The notes beneath the pieces were generated by a model that saw nothing but the letters and a program-made list of their open reading frames with translations, searched no databases and was not told where the DNA came from. Both the position numbers and the translations under genes were made by a program. Shown one piece after another: positions 49,707-57,772 of a stretch of DNA of 64,000 nucleotides. Origin of the DNA: Patescibacteria group bacterium (lineage in GTDB: Bacteria; Patescibacteriota; Patescibacteriia; UM-FILTER-42-10). The number at the start of each line of letters is the position of its first letter. Positions within the stretch are counted from its first letter, which is position 1. The stretch spans positions 11,858-75,857 of the forward strand of contig JBAYKW010000002.1 of NCBI GenBank assembly GCA_041664365.1. Reading direction: 5' to 3'.

Positions 49707-49766
49707 TTGATCCCGTTAGAGGATTTTCTCTAATGGGGTTGACAAAAAAACAAATTATGCTAACAT
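49707..49766 (+). promoter_or_regulatory. hairpin repeat copy 3 plus promoter of non-coding locus
   Basis: TTGATCCCGTTAGAG-GATTTT-CTCTAATGGGG then TTGACA-N16-TAACAT with TG extension. Confidence 0.7.
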
Positions 49767-49820
49767 TATACTTCACATTTCAAGAAACAGCCAGCATATT
49801 TTACAAATAAATATCAAAGT

Positions 49821-50192
49821 TACTGTTTACCAAGCTGCTTGCAAGTGGCGAAAATTTAAACAACCCCTCCTTAGTTTTTATTAGTAGCTATAAAGATAGG
49901 AACTATTTCTACATGGAATATTTCTATCGCTTGTAAGTGGCCTAGTGAACAGTAGATGTAGTGCCCAGCGTGCTATTTATAAGTCGGTTAAGAGTATTGT
50001 ATCCTCCTTAACAATACCCTTTGCCATCAGACTTATAGATAGCACCCTGGGTATTATGACATATTGGGTCCGTTGGCATCTCCGATGCCAAACTGAAGAA
50101 GCGATGGGGCTCTCCGCAAGGAAGCCCGTTTCCGAAAGGAATCCCTTGGCGAGCATCGACCAATCAGTTTCTCGCTCACGCGAGACGGGCCC
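49821..50192 (+). ncRNA. unknown multi-domain structured RNA with two anti-SD-like segments
   Basis: stems 49821-30/49945-54, 49970-85/50030-45, 50066-73/50185-92; GNRA tetraloops; CCTCCTTA at 49866 and 50003. Confidence 0.7.
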
Positions 50193-50206
50193 ACCTAAGT
50201 CTTGTT

Positions 50207-50282
50207 GGGGATGTAGCTCAGTTGATAGAGCATCCTGCTTTCAGTAGGAAGGTCGTAGGTTCAAGTCCTACCATCCCTGCCA
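50207..50282 (+). tRNA. tRNA-like 1, anticodon TTC (Glu) on a non-Glu-type body
   Basis: 76-nt cloverleaf with CCA; loop CTTTCAG (C32-G38 can pair); D-loop GA instead of GG. Confidence 0.7.
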
Positions 50283-50292
50283 TTTATTTGGT

Positions 50293-50367
50293 GTCCCGTT
50301 AGCTTAATGGCAGAGCAGCTGACATCTCAATCAGCCGATCGGGGTTCGAGTCCTCGACGGGGCACCA
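50293..50367 (+). tRNA. tRNA-like 2, 8-nt anticodon loop CATCTCAA
   Basis: intact acceptor, D and T arms with CCA; stem GCTGA/TCAGC. Confidence 0.7.
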
Positions 50368-50385
50368 TTCTGCACATTGTAAGGT

Positions 50386-50460
50386 TGGCGCGTAGCTCAG
50401 CTGGATAGAGCGTCCCACTCTGTGGGAAGGTCTCGGGTTCGATTCCCGACGCGCCGACCA
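50386..50460 (+). tRNA. tRNA-like 3, shrunken 5-nt (or 3-nt) anticodon loop
   Basis: intact acceptor, D and T arms with CCA; TCCCA-CTCTG-TGGGA. Confidence 0.7.
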
Positions 50461-50476
50461 TTTGGTCTCACTGGTT

Positions 50477-50547
50477 GCCAGCGTAGTTCAGCTTGAAGAA
50501 CACTTGATCTGTTTTCAAGAGTTCGTCAAACTCCTCCGCTGGCACCA
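50477..50547 (+). tRNA. tRNA-like 4, TGT anticodon, degenerate T arm
   Basis: GCCAGCG/CGCTGGC-ACCA, GTTC/GAAC, CTTGA-TCTGTTT-TCAAG; no canonical T stem. Confidence 0.55.
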
Positions 50548-50554
50548 GAAAATC

Positions 50555-50627
50555 GCCCACGTGGCTCAAATGGTAGAGCATCACACCAGGAGTGTGAAGA
50601 TTACTAGTTCGAATCTAGTCGTGGGCT
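50555..50627 (+). tRNA. tRNA-like 5, Thr-type body with AGG (Pro) anticodon and C33
   Basis: GCCCACG/CGTGGGC-T, loop CCAGGAG, intact T arm; no encoded CCA, followed by T-run. Confidence 0.7.
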
Positions 50628-50632
50628 CTTTT

Positions 50633-51166
50633 TTATTGCAAAAAATTTTTGATTCTTGCTACAAACTCCGGCAGTTGTGATTTTAACTGCTTCTTTTCCT
50701 GCAGGGTAAATTTCTGCAAAACAAAACTCGCCGGATCTATTTTGGCAAGCAGGTCATTTTTAATACCCACTTTAATTTGAATAAAACCTTTACTGCCGAT
50801 ATTTTCAATAATTGAATTAATGCCGTTGTGCCCGCCGGAACCGCTGTCTTGCTTTTCCCGGTACTTCCCGAATTCCAGATCCAAATCATCCCGCACAATT
50901 ACAATATCTTCCAGATCCACCTTGTAAAAGTTTTTTAAGAGTGATACTGCCTTTCCGGAATTATTCATGAAAGTCAGTGGTTTAGCCAAAATCAACTTTT
51001 GATCATTGATCTGCCCCTGAGTGAGGTCGGATTGAAACTTCTTCACAGTTTTAAAGGAAGAAATAGACAAAGCCTTGATCAGCTCATCCAACATTAACCA
51101 GCCGACATTATGCCTTGTGTTTTTGTATTTTATCCCCGGGTTTCCTAACCCTATGATTAGTTTCAT
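50633..51166 (-). CDS. pth: peptidyl-tRNA hydrolase
   Basis: IGLGNPG..Y..TRHN.G, KP.TFMN.SG, GGHNG. Confidence 0.95.
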   Translation of the reverse strand: MKLIIGLGNPGIKYKNTRHNVGWLMLDELIKALSISSFKTVKKFQSDLTQGQINDQKLILAKPLTFMNNSGKAVSLLKNFYKVDLEDIVIVRDDLDLEFGKYREKQDSGSGGHNGINSIIENIGSKGFIQIKVGIKNDLLAKIDPASFVLQKFTLQEKKQLKSQLPEFVARIKNFLQ

Positions 51167-52505
51167 GTCTTTTAAGTTTAACCTTCAAAATAATTGGCGT
51201 ACCCCAAATATCAAACTTTTCCCGAATAGCCTTTTTTAAAGTATCAGTAACAGCATGGGGAGGCGGAATTTTTGCATTTACTCTCAAAAGAAAGGTGGGG
51301 GGGTTAATATCCTCCTGTTCAAGTGATGTCATTTTAAACGGCTTAGTGTCTTTTCTTTGCTTGCTGTTAATATCTATTGTAAATTCTTTGATAAATTCCA
51401 GAAGCTGTTCAGAATCAATCACTTTCTCCCTGTTTTCTTTCATTTTCAATGCGAAATCTATCGGATTCTTCAGACGGATTTTGTCTTTGGCAGAAATAAA
51501 CACATATGGTGCCCATAAAAGGAACGGAAAAAAGCTATGGACATACTTCAGGTAGTCTTTAATGGTTTTCACATTTTTATCCCGGATCAAATCCCATTTG
51601 TTTAAAACCACTACAATGCCTGTTTTGGCATCCACCACTTCACTGGCAATATGCTTGTCCTGGAACGAGATTTCTTCAGTAATATCCAGCATCAGTAATA
51701 CGACGTCCGCATGTTTTATCGCGAGCAGAGATTTTCTGGCGCTTTCTGCTTCGATCGCTCTTATCCCTGACTCTCCTTTTTTAATCTTATTTCTTCTTAA
51801 TCCGGCCGTATCCACAAGCAGCACTCTTTTTTTGTTATACTGGATTTCAATATCCTGAGGATCACGCGTGGTGTGGGGTTGCGAACTAACAATCACTCTG
51901 TTTTCTCCGAGCAGGGCGTTTACGTAGGAAGATTTTCCGACATTTGTTTTGCCTACAATTGCCAGTTTCAAATCCGGCTCTTTCAGCTCCGTCGATTTCT
52001 CCGGAACTTTTTTGATGATGGCGTCTAGCAGATCCCCGGTTCCACTCCCATTGATGGAAGAAACATAGATTGTATCTTTTATCCCCAGTTGATAAAACTC
52101 ACTGCCTGCTTCCGCTTTTCTTTTTGGGTTATCTATTTTATTGACGGCTAAAATTACCGGCACTTTGGATTTTTTTAACCAGCGAACGATGTCCTTATCC
52201 TGTCGCATCATACCTTGTGCGCCGTCAACAACAAAAACGATACAGTCTGCTTCCCCGGCGGCAATTTCAGCCTGCTTTTTGATACTTTCTTCAATCTCTT
52301 CACCTTTAATAATATTCACACCACCACTGTCGACTAAAGTAATTTTTTTCCCTTGCCAATTACATATGCCAAAATTGCGATCACGGGTGGTCGCAGGGAC
52401 AGAGGATGTTATGGCCTTTCGTCTTTCCAGTAAAGTATTAAAAAGCGTTGATTTACCAACATTCGTTCGGCCAATCAATGCAACTTGCGGTAACTTTTTT
52501 GACAT
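51108..52505 (-). CDS. der: ribosome biogenesis GTPase Der/EngA
   Basis: two G domains (GRTNVGKST, GKTNVGKSS), TTRD, NKxD. Confidence 0.92.
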   Translation of the reverse strand: MSKKLPQVALIGRTNVGKSTLFNTLLERRKAITSSVPATTRDRNFGICNWQGKKITLVDSGGVNIIKGEEIEESIKKQAEIAAGEADCIVFVVDGAQGMMRQDKDIVRWLKKSKVPVILAVNKIDNPKRKAEAGSEFYQLGIKDTIYVSSINGSGTGDLLDAIIKKVPEKSTELKEPDLKLAIVGKTNVGKSSYVNALLGENRVIVSSQPHTTRDPQDIEIQYNKKRVLLVDTAGLRRNKIKKGESGIRAIEAESARKSLLAIKHADVVLLMLDITEEISFQDKHIASEVVDAKTGIVVVLNKWDLIRDKNVKTIKDYLKYVHSFFPFLLWAPYVFISAKDKIRLKNPIDFALKMKENREKVIDSEQLLEFIKEFTIDINSKQRKDTKPFKMTSLEQEDINPPTFLLRVNAKIPPPHAVTDTLKKAIREKFDIWGTPIILKVKLKRHETNHRVRKPGDKIQKHKA

Positions 52506-52509
52506 AATA

Positions 52510-54030
52510 TTATTGTGTATCGGAATTGGTTATAGAACTGTTTGTCTGATTGATTCCATCAGCACCTAGAAGAATCAGAAAATCAACTTCGCCACTTTGC
52601 GAAACAATATCTGAATTTAAAGGCGCGCTTAATCCCTGATAGGTAACTTCATTTTTATCAGGAGTATATAAATATGCAGGAACGGTCGATGCAATCTCTG
52701 ATCCGATTTCCTCTTTTAACGCGTTTAAAGTCTGCGGCTTTGTCCCGCCGGTTAAATCATAAATCGTCGTAATCTGGTTGTTTTGTTCCGCTGCGTTACC
52801 GACTGCGACAACATTGTAACCGGCGTTGCGCAGAGTTTCCGCTGTTTTAGCAGCGAGGCCGTTAATTTTTGTACCATTATGGATTTCGATGGTGGCATTT
52901 TCCCGGGTTACAGTTTTCGTCTCTTCAACTTGGAAAATGTTTTGAGCAATTTCCTGAATTTCGGAGAAATCATCCAGCCCGGCATTTGGACGTAATATGT
53001 ATGCTCCGTCAATTGTTGTTTCCGAATGCAGAGGACCGTCTGGGCTGTTATCAATCACCTCGTCAATAATCTGATCGGCGGAAACATCTTTAATCATGTT
53101 ATAAAGTTTGATCATTTCCCATGGTTCCATATTCATACGGACATGATCGGCAAGATCATCCACAATGTTTAAAATCAAACTGGGGTTGAGTAGCGTAGAT
53201 GTTGATAACAGTTTTTCTTTTGCCGCCAGTAGTATTTTCTGCTGTCTCTGTGACCGGGCAAAATCCGAACCTTCATTGTTATTGCCGTGTCTGGAACGGG
53301 CGAATTGTAGCGCTTTTTCCCCGTTGAAATGATTGTTTCCCTGTTGGAATGAAACCGGCTGATAGCCGTAGTTATAATCGGGGTATAGTGGATCATAAAA
53401 TGTCCGCTCTACTGTAACGTCGACTCCGCCGATATCGTCGATGACTTTTCGGAAACCCTCAAAATCAACTCTCCCGTAATAATGAATCTTTAAACCAGTG
53501 ATGTCTTCAATTACTTCGATCATCAACTCTTCACCGCCGCTTTCCGGATCTTCATTATAGCCGAATGCATAAGCGTTATTTATTTTTCTCCAGCCATTGT
53601 CCGGTATGGGCACGTAAAGGTCCCGCGGTATGGATATAAAAGCGACCTCCTTTGTCGATGGTTTAACACTGGCAATCATGATCGTATCGGCCAGATATCC
53701 ACCGCTGTGTCCCTGTCCGCCCATACCCAGCATCAGAACATTGATCCGATCCTCTTTTTCTCCGTCAATCATATCTTCCGGTGCTACAACAAAATATTTT
53801 AACTGGCTGATCAGTGAAGGTATGTCAGATGATGCAATTACACTATTGGCAGAAAGCAGTACCTTGTAAGAAAAAGTGAGACCGACCAGGACAACAACAA
53901 CGCAAAGATAAACAAAAAATTTACCGACAAAAAAACCGAAACCATGACGTTTTTTCTTTTTTTCGAGTGCCTGTCCTTTTTCTACTTTATCCAGGAGGTT
54001 AAATTCCTTTTCTGAATTAATTCTTTTCAT
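52510..54030 (-). CDS. LCP family protein with LytR_C domain
   Basis: DTIM..SIPRD, KIN.AY, ARSRH..SDF.RS.RQQ, NGT..GLA. Confidence 0.9.
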   Translation of the reverse strand: MKRINSEKEFNLLDKVEKGQALEKKKKRHGFGFFVGKFFVYLCVVVVLVGLTFSYKVLLSANSVIASSDIPSLISQLKYFVVAPEDMIDGEKEDRINVLMLGMGGQGHSGGYLADTIMIASVKPSTKEVAFISIPRDLYVPIPDNGWRKINNAYAFGYNEDPESGGEELMIEVIEDITGLKIHYYGRVDFEGFRKVIDDIGGVDVTVERTFYDPLYPDYNYGYQPVSFQQGNNHFNGEKALQFARSRHGNNNEGSDFARSQRQQKILLAAKEKLLSTSTLLNPSLILNIVDDLADHVRMNMEPWEMIKLYNMIKDVSADQIIDEVIDNSPDGPLHSETTIDGAYILRPNAGLDDFSEIQEIAQNIFQVEETKTVTRENATIEIHNGTKINGLAAKTAETLRNAGYNVVAVGNAAEQNNQITTIYDLTGGTKPQTLNALKEEIGSEIASTVPAYLYTPDKNEVTYQGLSAPLNSDIVSQSGEVDFLILLGADGINQTNSSITNSDTQ

Positions 54031-54152
54031 TTGACGGGTTAGAAATACAAAATTATTGATTCATATCGCTAATATTATATAATATTTTCAACAAAAAATC
54101 TACTACAATAATTAATACGTAATCGGCCTGATTAAGATTTCATCCGAGGGGC

Positions 54153-54181
54153 TTGAAATATTACTTTCTTTGTGTTACAAT
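54153..54181 (+). promoter_or_regulatory. sigma70 promoter
   Basis: TTGAAA-N17-TACAAT with TG extension. Confidence 0.6.
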
Positions 54182-54184
54182 AAG

Positions 54185-54315
54185 GCTACTTCGTGTGCTA
54201 TCTCCTTTATTTACAGGGGTTCGTAGCTCTCGCCCGCTTACGTCTGTGCGCAAGCGATGGCGACGGGCGGCTGGTTATATGCCTTTCGGCAGGCAGTGAG
54301 CACTATCCACACATC
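54185..54315 (+). ncRNA. putative structured RNA (possibly 6S-like) preceding tRNA-Val
   Basis: GC-rich, stems CGCCCG/CGGGCG, TGCCT/AGGCA, GTGCT/AGCAC. Confidence 0.35.
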
Positions 54316-54325
54316 TGTCCACCGC

Positions 54326-54402
54326 GCTCGTGTAGCTCAGTTGGTTAGAGCGTTCGATTCACATTCGAAAGGTCTCTGGTTCAAATCCAGACACGAGCAC
54401 CA
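54326..54402 (+). tRNA. tRNA-Val(CAC)
   Basis: canonical cloverleaf, loop TTCACAT, CCA. Confidence 0.92.
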
Positions 54403-54469
54403 CTCGACTTATCCTGGTGAACACCGGATAAGACCTAATATAATTTGAGATTCAATATTAAAAAATCAA

Positions 54470-55117
54470 ATGGCAAAAAAAACAGAGCAGAAAGATGAAA
54501 AGGAAATTAATGATGCGCTGGATGAGTTAAATGAAAAAAGCATCACACCGGATCCGTTTTGGAAAGCAACGGGACTTTTTGTTTTAGAAGTTGCAAAGAT
54601 TATTATCATTTCGCTGGCGATAATAATTCCGATCAGATATTATCTGGTCCAACCTTTTTATGTTAAAGGCGCTTCCATGGAACCGACCTTTCATGATTAT
54701 GAATATCTAATTATCAATGAAATCAGTTATCGTTTTAATGCACCGGACCGGGGAGATATTATCGTATTGAAGGATCCAAGGAACACATCGCAGTTTTTTA
54801 TCAAAAGAATTATCGGTCTGCCGGGTGAAACAGTACAGGTAAAAAATGGCACAGTGATAATTCAGAATACCGCAAACCCGGAAGGAATCATTTTGGACGA
54901 AAGTGTTTATCTGGATGATACAGTTTATACCAGTGGAAATATTGATATTGTGCTAGATGCGGATAAATATTATGTAATGGGCGACAACAGGGGATCCAGT
55001 CTTGATTCCAGAATTATCGGACCCATAGGAAAAGAATTCATTGTAGGAAAAGCATGGGTCAGAGCGTGGCCTTTTAATAAATTAACTCATTTTAATTTAC
55101 CCGATTACAACATTTAA
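54470..55117 (+). CDS. lepB: signal peptidase I
   Basis: SMEPT, IKRIIGLPGE, GDNR..S.DSR. Confidence 0.93.
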   Translation: MAKKTEQKDEKEINDALDELNEKSITPDPFWKATGLFVLEVAKIIIISLAIIIPIRYYLVQPFYVKGASMEPTFHDYEYLIINEISYRFNAPDRGDIIVLKDPRNTSQFFIKRIIGLPGETVQVKNGTVIIQNTANPEGIILDESVYLDDTVYTSGNIDIVLDADKYYVMGDNRGSSLDSRIIGPIGKEFIVGKAWVRAWPFNKLTHFNLPDYNI

Positions 55118-55129
55118 CCGAAATTTATA

Positions 55130-56509
55130 ATGCCAAAAAGTAAAGTCACAAAAGCCCCTGTCAAAGATGAGAAAAATGCAGAACCGAAGAAAAGAAGTTC
55201 GAAGCATCCCCAACTTTTAAGAGGAATGAAAGATATCTTGCCGGAATCCCAGAAATACTGGAATTATGTCCGGAAATTGGTGGAAGAAGTAGCGGAGGAT
55301 TATACCTACGAAATGATCGATACACCAATTCTGGAAGAAACTAGCTTGTTTACCCACTCTGTCGGCGAGAATACTGACATAGTGGAAAAAGAAATGTTTT
55401 CTTTTGATGACCGAAGCGGTTTGAATGTTTCCATGCGACCGGAAAACACCGCCGGCATCGTCAGGGCATACATCGAACACGGGATGTTGGACAGACCACA
55501 GCCGGTAAGACTTTTCTATTGGGGACCATTTTTCCGTTACGACCGCCCGCAAGCGGGCAGATACCGACAGTTTCACCAGTTCGGATTTGAAGCGATCGGG
55601 GATAACAATCCGATTATTGACGCGCAAATAATTGTGATGTGCCAAAGTATTTATAAGACAATCGGAATACCGGTCGTAACTCAAATAAACAGCGTCGGCT
55701 GTAAAAAGTGCAGAAAAGATTATGAGCAGCTGTTCGCAGATTATTTAACTTCCAGAAAAAAGTTTCTCTGCGAAGACTGCAAAAGGCGTTTGACGAAAAA
55801 TCCTCTGCGTGTGCTCGATTGCAAAGTGAAAGAATGCAAGGAAATATTAGTTGATGCTCCGCACATTGTTGATCATTTGGATGAAGAGTGTAAAGAGCAT
55901 TTTGTAAAAGTTCTGGAATATCTGGATGAAGCGGATATTGCTTATCAGCTGAACCCGTTCCTGGTCCGGGGATTGGACTATTATACCAGGACGACTTTTG
56001 AAATCTGGCCGGAAAATGATGACGGTTCACAGTCGGCGCTGGGTGGCGGTGGTCGCTACGACGATCTGACAGAAATTCTGGGTGGCAGACCGACACCGGG
56101 CTGTGGCTATGCCGGTGGAGTTGAACGTTTGGTACTGGCTATGCGGGAAAAGGAAATTGTGATCCCTCTGCCGGAACCGCCAGATGTTTTTGTCGCTCAA
56201 CTCGGTGAAAGTGCGAAAAAGCAGGCACTGAAGCTGGTTGAGGACCTGCGGGCAAAAGGAATCCGGGCAGCAAGCAATTTTTCCAAAGAGGGTTTGAAAT
56301 ATCAGTTGTCGGTCGCGGCAAGGCTCCGAGTAAAGTTTTCACTGATTCTGGGACAAAAAGAAATGCTGGATAAAACGATACTCTTAAGAGATATGGAGGG
56401 CGGATCACAAGAGGTGGTCGATTATAACAAAGTGTATAACGAACTGAAAAAGCGTTTGGAAAAAGCCAAGGCGATTATCCAAAACACCAATAACCATTTT
56501 GAGGAATAA
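55130..56509 (+). CDS. hisS: histidyl-tRNA synthetase
   Basis: RPE.TA, FRYDRPQAGRYRQF.Q, LVRGLDYY, GGRYD. Confidence 0.95.
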   Translation: MPKSKVTKAPVKDEKNAEPKKRSSKHPQLLRGMKDILPESQKYWNYVRKLVEEVAEDYTYEMIDTPILEETSLFTHSVGENTDIVEKEMFSFDDRSGLNVSMRPENTAGIVRAYIEHGMLDRPQPVRLFYWGPFFRYDRPQAGRYRQFHQFGFEAIGDNNPIIDAQIIVMCQSIYKTIGIPVVTQINSVGCKKCRKDYEQLFADYLTSRKKFLCEDCKRRLTKNPLRVLDCKVKECKEILVDAPHIVDHLDEECKEHFVKVLEYLDEADIAYQLNPFLVRGLDYYTRTTFEIWPENDDGSQSALGGGGRYDDLTEILGGRPTPGCGYAGGVERLVLAMREKEIVIPLPEPPDVFVAQLGESAKKQALKLVEDLRAKGIRAASNFSKEGLKYQLSVAARLRVKFSLILGQKEMLDKTILLRDMEGGSQEVVDYNKVYNELKKRLEKAKAIIQNTNNHFEE

Positions 56510-56511
56510 AT

Positions 56512-56850
56512 ATGGACTGTGTATTCTGTTCAATTATCAAAAAAGAAGGCTACGCGGACATAGTATTTGAAGATGATGAAATGATCGCATTCAAAGACAT
56601 CGCCCCTCAGGCCCCGGTGCATATTTTAGTCGTCCCAAAAAAACATGTGGAAAAAATTTCTGACTTGTCAGAAAATGACGCAATAATGCTGGGAAGTCTG
56701 ATTGACCGGGCGAGGATTTTGGCAAAAAAATATGATATTTCCCAATCCGGCTACCGGCTGGTCTTTAACTGTGGTGACGAGGGTGGCCAGATTATTGATC
56801 ATATCCACCTGCATTTGATTGGCGGGAAAAAACTGGGGGCAATCGGATAG
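56512..56850 (+). CDS. HIT family nucleotide-binding protein
   Basis: CVFC, DI.PQAP.H, HIHLH. Confidence 0.9.
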   Translation: MDCVFCSIIKKEGYADIVFEDDEMIAFKDIAPQAPVHILVVPKKHVEKISDLSENDAIMLGSLIDRARILAKKYDISQSGYRLVFNCGDEGGQIIDHIHLHLIGGKKLGAIG

Positions 56851-56869
56851 AAAAATTAAATATCAGATA

Positions 56870-56901
56870 AAACAACCCTTCTACCTCTAGAAGGGTTGTT
56901 T
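56870..56901 (+). terminator. terminator-like hairpin
   Basis: AAACAACCCTTCTA-CCTC-TAGAAGGGTTGTTT. Confidence 0.65.
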
Positions 56902-56984
56902 ATTATATTTGACGTTATTAAACAAGAGTGTTATATTAAAAAAGAACTAACTATTAAATATACACCTTAAGGGAGGTGAATAAT

Positions 56985-57236
56985 TTGGTTGAAGTAAAAA
57001 AGAAAGACAGTGAAACATCCGAAAGCCTGATCAGACGATTTTCTAAGAAAGTCCAGCAGAGTGGCGTTTTAATTAGGGCTAAAAAAAGCCGTTTTCATGA
57101 GCCGGAAAAGAACAAAAGGAAAACAAAAGATGACGCTTTAAGGCGCAAAGATATTAAGTCTAAAAAGGAATATCTGAGGAAAATCGGCAAACTGGAAGAG
57201 GTTGATCGATCGAAAAAAAGAGGCGGCAGAAGATAA
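56985..57236 (+). CDS. rpsU: 30S ribosomal protein S21
   Basis: E.....IRRF.KKV..SG; GGAGGTG SD before TTG; rpsU-yqeY synteny. Confidence 0.75.
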   Translation: MVEVKKKDSETSESLIRRFSKKVQQSGVLIRAKKSRFHEPEKNKRKTKDDALRRKDIKSKKEYLRKIGKLEEVDRSKKRGGRR

Positions 57237-57290
57237 ATACACTAAAATTGGTGTTTTAACGTTTGTTATTAGATTAATTTTCGAATATTT

Positions 57291-57734
57291 ATGGGTCTGA
57301 AGGAAAAGTTAGAACAAGATGTTGTCACAGCCTTGAAAGCGAAAGAACCGGAAAAAGTCAGTACGCTTAGGATGGTGCTTTCGGCTGTAAAAAATGAATC
57401 AATCGCCAAAAGAAAAGAGCTGTCGGAAGAAGAGACGATGATTGTTGTGCAGAGAGAGATAAAAAAAAGAAAAGAGTCCGCAGAAGCGTTTGAAAAGGGG
57501 GGTAGAACAGAATTATCTGAAGCAGAATCCGCAGAAGCTAATCTTTTACAGCAATATCTGCCCGAACCACTTTCTGAAACAGAATTGGAGCAGATAATCA
57601 AAGAGGCGATCGAATCAACCGGAGCAGAGTCTATGAAGGACATGGGTAAAGTGATCAGTCAGGTAATGGCGAAAGCACAGGGAAAAGCGGAAGGCAAGGT
57701 AGTCAGTGAGAAAGTGCGCCAGATTCTTTCGTAA
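57291..57734 (+). CDS. GatB/YqeY domain protein
   Basis: K.R.ES...F..GGR, YLP..LS, DMGKV. Confidence 0.9.
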   Translation: MGLKEKLEQDVVTALKAKEPEKVSTLRMVLSAVKNESIAKRKELSEEETMIVVQREIKKRKESAEAFEKGGRTELSEAESAEANLLQQYLPEPLSETELEQIIKEAIESTGAESMKDMGKVISQVMAKAQGKAEGKVVSEKVRQILS

Positions 57735-57772
57735 AAAAATAGTAATCAAAAATAAATAACCACCTTTCAACT

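Noticed and set aside
50093-50141. Hammerhead ribozyme (CUGAAGA...GAAA) or SRP helix 8 (CCGCAAGGAAGC)
   Set aside because: Required stems and conserved internal-loop residues do not fit by eye.
50207-50282. tRNA-like 1 as a UCA opal/Sec or recoding tRNA
   Set aside because: Stem register places UUC at 34-36; there is no long variable arm, and TGA is used as a stop in this window.
49945-50680. ORFs 49945..50247 and 50462..50680 (also 35211..35899 and 54257..54448)
   Set aside because: They overlap tRNA or structured RNA and show no protein features.
51108-51166. 59-bp der/pth overlap
   Set aside because: Likely a simple C-terminal extension of Der; both proteins are intact.
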